Shown here: positions 31,791-39,317 of the stretch, piece after piece
How the letters are laid out: every line of letters starts with the position of its first letter
Position numbering within the stretch: position 1 is the stretch's first letter
Assembly (NCBI GenBank): GCA_964620835.1
Contig: CAZUIA010000002.1
Span: 1-41,160 of the forward strand
Direction of reading: 5' to 3'
Length of the DNA: 41,160 nucleotides
Source of the DNA: an uncultured Oscillospiraceae bacterium
GTDB lineage: Bacteria; Bacillota; Clostridia; Christensenellales; Aristaeellaceae
The notes under the pieces: model-generated
Seen by the model: the letters and a program-made list of their open reading frames with translations, nothing else
What the model was told of the DNA's origin: nothing
Database searches by the model: none
Program-made: the position numbers and the translations under genes

Positions 31791-31881
31791 GCGCCTGTTC
31801 AGGCTGTCCCGCAGCGCGGCTTTCGGGAAGGCAACGCCTCCCGCGGCGGCAGCGCTCAAAATAGAAAAGGAGGAAACGGAT

Positions 31882-33165
31882 GTGAAAAGGCTACTATCGG
31901 TGTTGCTGGCGGTGGCCATGCTGCTGGGCCTTGGCGGCGTGGCAATGGCGGAAAAGGTGCAGGTCGAATTCTGGTACGGCCTGGGCGGACCGACCGGGGA
32001 ATTGATGCAGGCGCTGATCGCGGAGTTCAACGCGTCGCAGGACAAGTATGAGGTCATCGGCGTCACGCAGGGCAGCTACACGGAGACGTTCCAGAACATC
32101 CAGGCGCCCATCGCGGGGGGCAACCCGCCGGCGCTGGCGGTGCTGGAATACGGGCAGGTCAACAACCTGGCGCTCAAGGGCGTGCTGGAAAACGTGCAGC
32201 CCTACATCGACGCGAGCGAAGCCTACCAGCCCGAGGACGTGATCGAGGCGTTTTTGGAGCAGGGCCGCTACGGCGATAAGCTCTACGCGATGCCGCTGCA
32301 GGGCACGACGCAGGTGCTCTACTATGACAAGGCAGCCTTTGAGGCGGCGGGCATTGACGCCGAGGAAGCGCTGAACACCTGGGAAGGCCTTGTCGAGGCG
32401 GCGCGCAAGATCACCAGGAAGGACGAGAGCGGCAAAACGACCTATTACGGCTGGGAACCGATGTGGGGCTACTGGAATCTGATGGACATCGCGTACGCCA
32501 ACGGCGGAAAGCTGCTGTCAGACGACGGCACGCAGGTGCTCGTCAACAGCCCGGAGTGGGTGGAGGCGTGGGACATGATCCGCAAGGCCATCCACGAGGA
32601 GGGCATCATGCGCGTGCACTCCACCGGACAGGGCTGGGAATACTGGTACGCGACGATCGACGATGTGATGCAGGGCCGGGCGGCGGGCTACACCGGCTCG
32701 GCCGGCGACCAGGGCGACCTCGACTTCAGCCGCATTGCCGCGCACATTCAGCCGGGCATGGGCGGAAACCCGGGGGCCGCGGTCGTGGAAGCGACGCAGC
32801 TGGTCATCCTCGCGGGCGCGCCGGCAGAGGCCAAGCAGGGCGCGTTTGACTTTGTCACCTTCCTGACCAACGCGAAAAACACCGCGCGCTGGTCCATGTC
32901 CACGGGCTATATCGCGGTGCGCAACTCTGCCCAGGAGGATCCGGACTTCAAGGCGTACGCGGAGGAGAACCCGCAGGTTCTCGTGCCGCTCAAGCAGGCG
33001 TCCGAGATCGGCATCCCGACCATCCTGGATCCTACCGGCAACGCGATCTTTGACGCGCTGCGCATCGCCACGGACCTGGTGGAGGTCGAGGGCGTCCCGG
33101 CGCAGGATGCGCTGGATGAGGCGTGGGAAATTGCGCAGGAGGCGCTGGACAAGGCGCTGAGGTAA
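31882..33165 (+). CDS. ABC transporter extracellular solute-binding protein (family 1)
   Basis: An AAAAGGAGGAAA SD is followed by GTG 31882. It has the signal peptide MKRLLSVLLAVAMLLGLGGVAMA and the motifs VEFWYGLGG...FNASQDKYEV and LYAMPLQGTTQVLYYDK, typical of SBP_bac_1. Confidence 0.85.
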   Translation: MKRLLSVLLAVAMLLGLGGVAMAEKVQVEFWYGLGGPTGELMQALIAEFNASQDKYEVIGVTQGSYTETFQNIQAPIAGGNPPALAVLEYGQVNNLALKGVLENVQPYIDASEAYQPEDVIEAFLEQGRYGDKLYAMPLQGTTQVLYYDKAAFEAAGIDAEEALNTWEGLVEAARKITRKDESGKTTYYGWEPMWGYWNLMDIAYANGGKLLSDDGTQVLVNSPEWVEAWDMIRKAIHEEGIMRVHSTGQGWEYWYATIDDVMQGRAAGYTGSAGDQGDLDFSRIAAHIQPGMGGNPGAAVVEATQLVILAGAPAEAKQGAFDFVTFLTNAKNTARWSMSTGYIAVRNSAQEDPDFKAYAEENPQVLVPLKQASEIGIPTILDPTGNAIFDALRIATDLVEVEGVPAQDALDEAWEIAQEALDKALR

Positions 33166-33183
33166 GCGGACGGAAGCGCAAAA

Positions 33184-33245
33184 GGCGCGGCGGCGAATGG
33201 ATGTGAATTGCAAGCAGAAATGCGCCGCCGCGTCGTTTCTTTTCC
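33184..33245 (+). terminator. Probable terminator of the BCCT/ABC operon (10-12 bp GC stem, large 27-nt loop, T-rich tail)
   Basis: CGCGGCGGCG (33186-33195) pairs with CGCCGCCGCG (33223-33232) and is followed by tcgTTTCTTTTcc. Confidence 0.45.
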
Positions 33246-33401
33246 GTGCCGTGTCGTCGCTTTTCGCTTTGGGTGCATCGGTATTTGACGCGCAGGTATT
33301 TTCCATCTGTGGATTCTACCGCAGCTTCAAAATCTATACAGAATTGGGAAAACGGTCTCCATGGTTTATCTCGACCATTGCTGCCGCTGCAGGGCTAACC
33401 C

Positions 33402-33442
33402 AAAGGGCCTGCCGCCCGTTCTGCACAGGCTGCAGGCCCTTT
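33402..33442. terminator. Stem-loop AAAGGGCCTGC-N19-GCAGGCCCTTT, candidate terminator for the sigma/anti-sigma operon
   Basis: An 11-bp perfect stem is read directly from the sequence. It lies 113 nt downstream of the anti-sigma stop on the minus strand, where it is followed by GGGTT (a weak U-tract). Confidence 0.4.
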
Positions 33443-33554
33443 GCGCTGCCCGATCCAAAGCATTGCCTAACTTTTCGGGGTCACTCCCGCTTTGTGCGGC
33501 AACCCCTTCTTCCCCTGTAGCGTATCGCCCGATCCGTTCAGGTTGCCGCGCGGA

Positions 33555-34559
33555 TCATTCCTGCAGCAGGGCGTCCTGAAACTCGGCAAAGAATTCCGGG
33601 CAGGTCCACGCGCCGCAGCCGATTAGGGTCTCATCCTGCACCATGAGCTGCAGGGACAGGCCGTTTTCCAGGTATACCGTCAGCGCCTGGCTGCCCTCGG
33701 GCGTCCCGTCGCCCTGCACGGCGAATTCGGAAATGCAGTAAATCAGCTCGTTGGCGCGGCTTTTGTCCTTGATCACGCCCGCGCCGGACAGCTCCAGCAT
33801 CTCCACCTGGCCGTATACGCCGAACGTGTCCTCAAACATTTCCGTGCCCACCAGCGTTTCGGACGCGTAGCCCACGCGCTGGAAAACCCGAAGCGCGCCG
33901 TCCACCTCGGCCAGGCACGCGGTCTTGGACGACAGGCCCTTGATCGAGTAGATCTTCGCGCCCACCTGGGCGATGTTGGATACCGCGCCGACGGGCTTTT
34001 TCAGCGAGGGCTCCTCGGTAAACTCCTGCACCTCATAGATGACCGAGTCCACCAGCGAGGAGGAAGCGGCGACCGGGGTGTTGAGCATCCGGTAATACCG
34101 CCCGTTGATGCCGATAATCGGGGGGTTTGCGCCCTGGCCCGCCCAAAGGGGCGTGTACGTCGGCGCGACACCCTGCGCGCCCAGCGACCCAGCGCCCAGA
34201 ACCGTCTCCCCTCCCGGCATCCCCGCCACGAGCGGCGGCCCGCCGTGCAGGATCCCGAGCCCAATCATCAGCGCCAGCACCAGCGCCATGCCCATGGCGG
34301 GCGTAAGGCGCGAAAATGCGGGGCGAGCGGAAGGCCGAAAAACAGGTGTCAGCGCGGCACGCTTGCGATCGGCCGCTACGAGAATCCGGTGGCGCAGCGC
34401 GGAGGTCGCGCGCAGGCCTCCCAGCATTTCGCCGGCGATTTGCGGCAGCTTTTCGACAGCCTGCACCTTAAAGAGGATGCGCGATCGCATCGCTCCGTCC
34501 GTTTTGAGGCCGCTGAGCATTTCGTCCGCTGTCGGCCGGAGCGTTTCCACGTCGATCAC
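33555..34559 (-). CDS. Putative anti-sigma factor / membrane-anchored regulator co-translated with the ECF sigma
   Basis: The GTG start overlaps the sigma stop (GTGA). It has one central TM segment (LTPAMGMALVLALMIGLGIL). The N terminus carries a duplicated 19-aa motif. There is no HxxxCxxC zinc-finger anti-sigma motif. The assignment rests on position only. Confidence 0.55.
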   Translation of the reverse strand: MIDVETLRPTADEMLSGLKTDGAMRSRILFKVQAVEKLPQIAGEMLGGLRATSALRHRILVAADRKRAALTPVFRPSARPAFSRLTPAMGMALVLALMIGLGILHGGPPLVAGMPGGETVLGAGSLGAQGVAPTYTPLWAGQGANPPIIGINGRYYRMLNTPVAASSSLVDSVIYEVQEFTEEPSLKKPVGAVSNIAQVGAKIYSIKGLSSKTACLAEVDGALRVFQRVGYASETLVGTEMFEDTFGVYGQVEMLELSGAGVIKDKSRANELIYCISEFAVQGDGTPEGSQALTVYLENGLSLQLMVQDETLIGCGAWTCPEFFAEFQDALLQE

Positions 34560-35086
34560 TGATTCTCACCTCCCTTCAGCATGGTTTCCAGCTTCTTTCT
34601 TGCGCGGGAGAGCCGGCTGGAGATGGTCCCCTCGGGCAGGTCCAGCATGACGGCGATCTCCGCGATGCCAAACCCTTGGTAATAGTGGAGCAGAATGACT
34701 TCTTTAAACGATGGGGACAATTTGGAGACAGCCTCCATCAAGTCCGCCTTTTCGGTTCGAAAATCGATGTCGTCGGGTGCGGGAATGCAGTCAAACGGGG
34801 AACCGAGCACCACGCGCTTGACCCAGGCGGCCCGCCACAAATCCCTGCAGCGGTTGAGCGCCACCTTCAAAAGCCAGGCCTTTTCATGCCCGGGCTGAAT
34901 GTCCGGCGCACGGGTCAAGAGCCGCAAAAACACGTCCTGGCAAACATCTTCGGCCTTCTGGCGGTCTCCGAGATAGAAGTACGAAACCCGAAGAACGTCG
35001 TCTGCGTATTGGCTGTATAGCCTTTCAAAGAGTTCGCTCGCCTCGGGCGCGTTGGGCATCCCGGCTACACCGCCTTTGCTTGCCAT
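34556..35086 (-). CDS. ECF-type RNA polymerase sigma-70 family factor
   Basis: Region 2 reads YLGDRQKAEDVCQDVFLRL and WLLKVALNRCRDLWR. Region 4 reads VILLHYYQGFGIAEIAVMLDLPEGTISSRLSRARKKL. ATG 35086 lacks a clear SD, so ATG 35059 is an alternative start. Confidence 0.9.
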   Translation of the reverse strand: MASKGGVAGMPNAPEASELFERLYSQYADDVLRVSYFYLGDRQKAEDVCQDVFLRLLTRAPDIQPGHEKAWLLKVALNRCRDLWRAAWVKRVVLGSPFDCIPAPDDIDFRTEKADLMEAVSKLSPSFKEVILLHYYQGFGIAEIAVMLDLPEGTISSRLSRARKKLETMLKGGENQ

Positions 35087-35215
35087 TATTGAAACGCGTA
35101 AGCCTTTCCGTTTCTTGCATCTTTTGGAAAAGAATCTTCGCTTCGGGCATAGGAACGCTTTCTTCAGCAGTTTGAGTCAAAACGGGCGCGATTATCCGCA
35201 CCCTGTCTTCAATTA

Positions 35216-35241
35216 AACGGACCAAACCGCGGTTGCGTTCC
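35216..35241 (-). promoter_or_regulatory. Candidate ECF-type (autoregulated) promoter GGAAC-N17-CGTT
   Basis: The minus strand reads tgGGAACgcaaccgcggtttggtcCGTTtaa, about 130 nt upstream of the sigma-factor ATG. It matches the generic ECF AAC/CGT architecture. Confidence 0.35.
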
Positions 35242-35313
35242 CACTGAAATGTTATTGTATACAATTTTTGAGAAAAACGCAAGGCGTGCAAAAACTGTCC
35301 CGTTTTGACATAG

Positions 35314-35320
35314 TTCGACA
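35314..35320. promoter_or_regulatory. Spo0A-box sequence TTCGACA (complement TGTCGAA)
   Basis: It is an exact match to the 0A-box heptamer TGTCGAA. It is embedded in TTGACATAGTTCGACAT, 12 nt upstream of the -35 of the Spo0E-like gene promoter. Confidence 0.4.
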
Positions 35321-35331
35321 TTCTTTCCCCC

Positions 35332-35360
35332 TTGCACAAATTTATAAGGTTCTGTATGAT
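35332..35360 (+). promoter_or_regulatory. Candidate sigma-A promoter of the Spo0E-like gene (TTGCAC-17-TATGAT)
   Basis: The sequence TTGCACaaatttataaggttctgTATGAT lies 31 nt upstream of ATG 35392. Confidence 0.5.
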
Positions 35361-35391
35361 ACTGTAGAGAAAGAGAAAACGGAGGGGAAAC

Positions 35392-35565
35392 ATGACAAAC
35401 CTTGACGCGCGCATGGAGGAACTGCGGAAACAGATGGAGGAGTTGTATATGCTTGGCGATAAAGAAGCGGCGTTGCAGATCAGTCAGCGGCTCGACAAGC
35501 TCATCATTTTGGCACAGCGCGAAAACGCCCCCGCCGAAAGATCGATCCTTCCGCGATCCACATGA
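35392..35565 (+). CDS. Spo0E-family sporulation regulatory aspartyl-phosphate phosphatase (57 aa; absent from the ORF track because it is under 60 aa)
   Basis: My own translation is MTNLDARMEELRKQMEELYMLGDKEAALQISQRLDKLIILAQRENAPAERSILPRST. The signature SQ.LD.LI of Spo0E-like proteins is present (SQRLDKLI). A strong GGAGGGGA SD lies 6 nt upstream, and the stop TGA is at 35563-35565. Confidence 0.7.
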   Translation: MTNLDARMEELRKQMEELYMLGDKEAALQISQRLDKLIILAQRENAPAERSILPRST

Positions 35566-35696
35566 AACGCCGCCACCTCGCCAAGCGACCTCATCCGGTG
35601 CGCGTACCCAGTTGGTAAGATCCGTTATATGTTACAAGATATGGAACGCAACGCAATAAATACACCATATTTGTGAAGAAAATATTACAAAAGCGC

Positions 35697-35725
35697 TTGA
35701 CATTCGACATATTCAGTCCTATAAT
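35697..35725 (+). promoter_or_regulatory. Consensus sigma-A promoter TTGACA-17-TATAAT with a Spo0A box (TTCGACA, 35703-35709) abutting the -35
   Basis: The sequence TTGACAttcgacatattcagtccTATAAT is read directly. It lies 33 nt upstream of ATG 35759. Confidence 0.7.
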
Positions 35726-35758
35726 GGCCTTAACCCAACTGAGGGAGGGCTTATTCTT

Positions 35759-37570
35759 ATGATGAAACGCATCTGTGTGTGTATGGTGGCACTGGCCATC
35801 CTGTTGGCCGCTCTGACGCCCTTTGCGGTTGCGGAACAGACACGGGTGACGCGCTGCGATCTTCGCCTGCGCAAGGAAGCCAACAGCAAATCGGATACGC
35901 TCGTCGTCGTGCCGGGCGGCGCAGAGCTGCCCATTTTGGGAAGAAGCGGCGGATGGAGCAAGACGACCTATCTGGGCCATACGGGCTATGTGAGCACCGA
36001 CTACCTGATGGACCTCACCAGAAGCGGCTATTACCCGCTGAAGGAAGGCGACGAAAACCCATACGTCAAGGAGCTGCAGGACCGGCTCATTACGCTGGGC
36101 TATATGACCGGCAGCCCGGACGGTAAGTTTGGCAAGAGCACGCTCGATGCCGTGATCAGCTTTCAGAAGACAAACAATATGAAGGCCGACGGCATTGCCG
36201 GCGGCGAAACGCAGCGTATCCTCTTTGGCGACACGGCCAAGGCCGCGACCGGGCAGACGGTGGACGCGGCGCCCTCGGCCTCTTCGCCCACAACGAATGC
36301 GACGGCCGCGCCGACAGCCGTCCCTTCCAGCCAGACCCTCCGCCTGGGGGACCGCGGCGAGGACGTCAAATCGCTGCAGGCGCGCCTGATTGAGCTTGGC
36401 TACCTGTCCGGCAAGGCGGACGGCATCTTTGGCGCGGATACCGAAAAGGCGGTCGTCGCGTTCCAGAAGCTCTCCAGCCTGACCGCGGACGGCAAGGCCG
36501 GCAAGGTAACGCAGAACCTGCTGTATTCAAACGGCGCCAAGACCGCGCAGGGAACGACGGCTCCCGCCGAAAAGCCGTCCGATACAGCCACCGCATCCTA
36601 TACGACCCTCAAGGCCGGCATGACCAACAACGAGGTCAAGAAGCTTCAGGAGCGCCTGATCGCGCTGAAGTATTTGGATACGAAGGCGACCGGCTATTAC
36701 GGATCGGCGACCAAGGCGGCGGTGGAAAAATTCCAGGCCTTGCATAACCTGAAGGTCGACGGCATCGCCGGGGCCGGCACGCAGCAGCAGCTTTTCGCCA
36801 GCAGCGCCAAGGCCAACGGCGCAAGCTCCACCAGCGGATCGGAATCGATGCAAAAGTACGACACGCTCAAGTATGGCATGAAGTCCAGCGCCGTGACGAC
36901 CATGCAGAAGAAGCTCAAGAGCCTTGGCTATCTGTCCGCCAGCGCGACCGGATACTTCGGCACCGAGACACAGAAGGCGGTTGTCCAGTTCCAAAAGGCG
37001 CACAAGCTTGCGGCGGACGGCGTCGCGGGCAGCGCAACGCTCAGCAAGCTGTACAGCGAAAGCGCCGCGGCGGCGGGTTCGTCCGGCGGTTCTTCCCAAA
37101 GCAATGCCCCCGGCAAGATCAGCGGCCCCTCCGCTTCGTCCGTCAAGCTGCTGCACTGGTTCAACCAGGTAAAGCCGTCGCTCAAAAACGGCAGCATCCT
37201 GCAGGTGTACGACCCGGCCACCGGCTACGGCTGGAAGCTTCGCGCGATGTCCCTGGGCAGGCACTGCGACTCCGAGCCGCTGACGGCGGAGGACACGCTG
37301 TACATGAACGCGGCGTTTGGCAATGTGACCACCTGGACCCCGAAGGTCGTCTGGGTGCAGCTCCCCTCCGGCAGCTGGTCGTTTGCCACGATGCACAATG
37401 TGGCGCACCTGTCGGGCGGAATCGCCAACAACAACTTTGACGGCCACCTGTGCGTTCACTTCCTGCGCGACATGGACGAGGTCTCCAAGAACGACCCGAA
37501 CTACGGCGTCCAGCATCAGAAGGCCATCCGCGAGGGCTGGAAGAAGCTAACCGGCCAGGTCATCAACTGA
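35759..37570 (+). CDS. Secreted protein: SH3b domain, five PG_binding_1 repeats and a ~150-aa C-terminal domain of unknown function
   Basis: It has the signal peptide MMKRICVCMVALAILLAALTPFAVA and an SH3-like segment LRLRKEANSKSDTLVVVPGGAELPILGRSGGWSKTTYLGHTGYVSTDYL. Five repeats follow the pattern V..LQ..L..LGY....[AP]DG.[FY]G..T..AV..FQ....L.[AV]DG.AG..T. A GAGGGAGGG SD is present. Confidence 0.85.
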   Translation: MMKRICVCMVALAILLAALTPFAVAEQTRVTRCDLRLRKEANSKSDTLVVVPGGAELPILGRSGGWSKTTYLGHTGYVSTDYLMDLTRSGYYPLKEGDENPYVKELQDRLITLGYMTGSPDGKFGKSTLDAVISFQKTNNMKADGIAGGETQRILFGDTAKAATGQTVDAAPSASSPTTNATAAPTAVPSSQTLRLGDRGEDVKSLQARLIELGYLSGKADGIFGADTEKAVVAFQKLSSLTADGKAGKVTQNLLYSNGAKTAQGTTAPAEKPSDTATASYTTLKAGMTNNEVKKLQERLIALKYLDTKATGYYGSATKAAVEKFQALHNLKVDGIAGAGTQQQLFASSAKANGASSTSGSESMQKYDTLKYGMKSSAVTTMQKKLKSLGYLSASATGYFGTETQKAVVQFQKAHKLAADGVAGSATLSKLYSESAAAAGSSGGSSQSNAPGKISGPSASSVKLLHWFNQVKPSLKNGSILQVYDPATGYGWKLRAMSLGRHCDSEPLTAEDTLYMNAAFGNVTTWTPKVVWVQLPSGSWSFATMHNVAHLSGGIANNNFDGHLCVHFLRDMDEVSKNDPNYGVQHQKAIREGWKKLTGQVIN

Positions 37571-37612
37571 TTGAATCCCAATGGGATACCACCCCCTCAT
37601 CATAAAGTTCCG

Positions 37613-37650
37613 AAGCCAGGCCGGGAGAAATTCCGGCCTGGCTTTGTTTT
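37613..37650 (+). terminator. Rho-independent terminator
   Basis: A 12-bp perfect stem AAGCCAGGCCGG (37613-37624) pairs with CCGGCCTGGCTT (37633-37644) and is followed by TGTTTT. Confidence 0.8.
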
Positions 37651-37694
37651 GGAAAAGGGTGCGCTTGCAATGGCCTGCCGCGGCGAAATCCCCG

Positions 37695-38108
37695 TCACAG
37701 GATCATGACAAGCGTTCCCACCGCAATCAGCGCGGCGCCAAGGATGGACTTAACGGTATACTGCTCGTGCAAAAACGCGTATGCCAGAATCAGCGTGATG
37801 ACCACGCTGAGCTTGTCGACCGGCACGACCTTGGACACCTCGCCCAGCTGCAGCGCCTTGTAGTAGCACAGCCAGGAAGCGCCCGTGGCGATGCCGGACA
37901 GAACCAGAAAGAGCCAGCTTCGCCTGCTGATTTCGGCAAGGCCGCCCTGCGCGTTCGTCAGGAACACCATCCCCCACGACATCACGACCACCACGACCGT
38001 ACGAATGGCCGTAGCCAGGCTGGAATGCACACCGCTGATGCCGATCTTCGCCAGGATGGAGGTCGCGGCGGCAAAGAGGGACGATAACACCGCAAAGAAG
38101 AACCACAT
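37695..38108 (-). CDS. Single-EamA-domain (half-size DMT superfamily) membrane transporter
   Basis: The 137-aa protein has 4-5 TM segments. The segments LAKIGISGV, ATAIRTVVV, SGIATGASWLCYYKALQLGEVSKVVPVDKLSVV and LGAALIAVG are typical of the EamA repeat. Confidence 0.8.
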   Translation of the reverse strand: MWFFFAVLSSLFAAATSILAKIGISGVHSSLATAIRTVVVVVMSWGMVFLTNAQGGLAEISRRSWLFLVLSGIATGASWLCYYKALQLGEVSKVVPVDKLSVVITLILAYAFLHEQYTVKSILGAALIAVGTLVMIL

Positions 38109-38155
38109 ACCGCTTCCATCTCCGTTTCAATCTGTCCTTTATACTATGGAAATAC

Positions 38156-38191
38156 GGAAAAAAGAGAGCCGCCCTTTGCCGGGCGGCTCTC
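38156..38191 (-). terminator. Rho-independent terminator of the sugar ABC operon
   Basis: The minus strand reads GAGAGCCGCCCggcaaaGGGCGGCTCTCTTTTTTCC. It has an 11-bp perfect stem, a 6-nt loop and a T6 tail. Confidence 0.85.
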
Positions 38192-38207
38192 CTCCCCTAC
38201 CCCTCGA

Positions 38208-39266
38208 TCAATCGTACACGAGACGGGCGATGTCGGGATCTTCGATGTTGGCGGCGGTGTACCACTGCGCGCCGGTGTCCACGTCCGCGACTTCCTCGCC
38301 CTGCGCGGCCTTGACGGCCAGCTCAACGGCTAGGTAGCCGATGCGGTACGGGTCCTGCGTGACGGAGCCCACAAACCAGCCCTGGCGGATCGCGTTCTTC
38401 TGCGCGGCGCCCGCGTCAAAGCCCGCCACGAGCACGTCCGCAAAGCGCGCGCCCTCGGCGAATTCCGAGCCGTCCGCCGTGGCGGCCAGCAGGCCGTTCA
38501 CCGTGCCTTCGTTGGAGCAGAAGATCGCCAGCAGGTTGTCCATGTTCAGCAAAGCGTTCGCAGCGTTGACCACGTCGGTCGTGTTCGTCGTGGCGGATAC
38601 CTCGACGTGGATCACGATCGTCGCGCCGTCCGCCGGAGCGGCCCACAGGTCATGGCCCTTCACGGCCACGGTGCCCACCTCGCCCGCCAGCTCCTTCATC
38701 TTGTTGACGAAGCCGGTGGTGCGGCCGGTGACGGATTCGCTCGTCGCGTCCTGCGACAGCACGCTGATGACGACAGGCTTGTCCGCCGTGGCGGCGGCCA
38801 GCTTGTCCTTGAAGCCCTCCAGCTTGAACAGCTCCTCCGCGGCCAGCGCGGCGGCATTTTGGTTGTTCGTGGAGGCGGTGGCCCGAATGGCCCCCTCGGG
38901 CGCGTTCGGGACGCCGGAGTCAAAGCCGATGACCGGGATGTTCTTCTCGACGCACTCCTGCAGCTCGGCCATGACCGAGTCGGTCGACAGCGCGGCCAGC
39001 GCCAGCGCGGCGGGGCCCTTGGCCATTTCGGCCTTCAGCGCCTCAACCTGTAGCGCGATGTCCGACTCGCTGGGCGGGCCGTAGTAGAACATGTCCACGC
39101 CGTATGCTTTCGCGGCGTCCTCGCAGCCCAGGCGGACGGTTTGCCAGAATTGATGCTGCTCGCCCTTGGAGATGACGGAGACATACATCGGCTTTTCCGC
39201 GGACGCAACTGCGACGCAGGAAAGCACGAGCACCAACGCCAGCGCGAGAGAGAAAAATTTCCTCAT
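38208..39266 (-). CDS. Sugar ABC transporter substrate-binding protein (ribose/galactose-type periplasmic-binding fold)
   Basis: It has the signal peptide MRKFFSLALALVLVLSCVAVASA. The motifs YVSVISKGEQHQFWQTVRLGCEDAAKAYGV, IPVIGFDSG and VAGFDAG fit the Peripla_BP pattern. A GGGAGGT SD is present. Confidence 0.85.
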   Translation of the reverse strand: MRKFFSLALALVLVLSCVAVASAEKPMYVSVISKGEQHQFWQTVRLGCEDAAKAYGVDMFYYGPPSESDIALQVEALKAEMAKGPAALALAALSTDSVMAELQECVEKNIPVIGFDSGVPNAPEGAIRATASTNNQNAAALAAEELFKLEGFKDKLAAATADKPVVISVLSQDATSESVTGRTTGFVNKMKELAGEVGTVAVKGHDLWAAPADGATIVIHVEVSATTNTTDVVNAANALLNMDNLLAIFCSNEGTVNGLLAATADGSEFAEGARFADVLVAGFDAGAAQKNAIRQGWFVGSVTQDPYRIGYLAVELAVKAAQGEEVADVDTGAQWYTAANIEDPDIARLVYD

Positions 39267-39317
39267 GGTTGTACCTCCCGTAGTTGATATATTTTAAGCG
39301 CCTGCGCGCCTAAAACC

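Noticed and set aside
29961-33165. The absence of an ATP-binding subunit in the permease-permease-SBP operon, considered as a sign of a degraded transporter.
   Set aside because: CUT1-family ABC systems of Firmicutes commonly lack a dedicated ATPase and use a shared MsmX/MsmK-type protein encoded elsewhere. All three genes are intact.
33166-33554. A 389-nt convergent intergenic region examined for small genes or ncRNA (track ORFs 33197-33520 and 33361-33579).
   Set aside because: The ORF products are featureless and lack an SD. The region is adequately explained by two stem-loops (33184-33245 and 33402-33442) acting as terminators for the flanking operons. I recognised no ncRNA family.
35025-35414. 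A 129-aa minus-strand ORF covering the sigma-factor upstream region.
   Set aside because: It overlaps the sigma-factor start, the ECF-type promoter candidate and the Spo0E-like gene promoter and start. It has no SD, and its AT-rich composition is that of an intergenic regulatory region.
35402-35659. An 85-aa plus-strand track ORF (MTRAWRNCGNRWRS...).
   Set aside because: It is an out-of-frame overlap of the much better supported 57-aa Spo0E-like ORF (35392-35565), which has a strong SD and the family signature. The track ORF product is Arg/Ser/Cys-rich and featureless.
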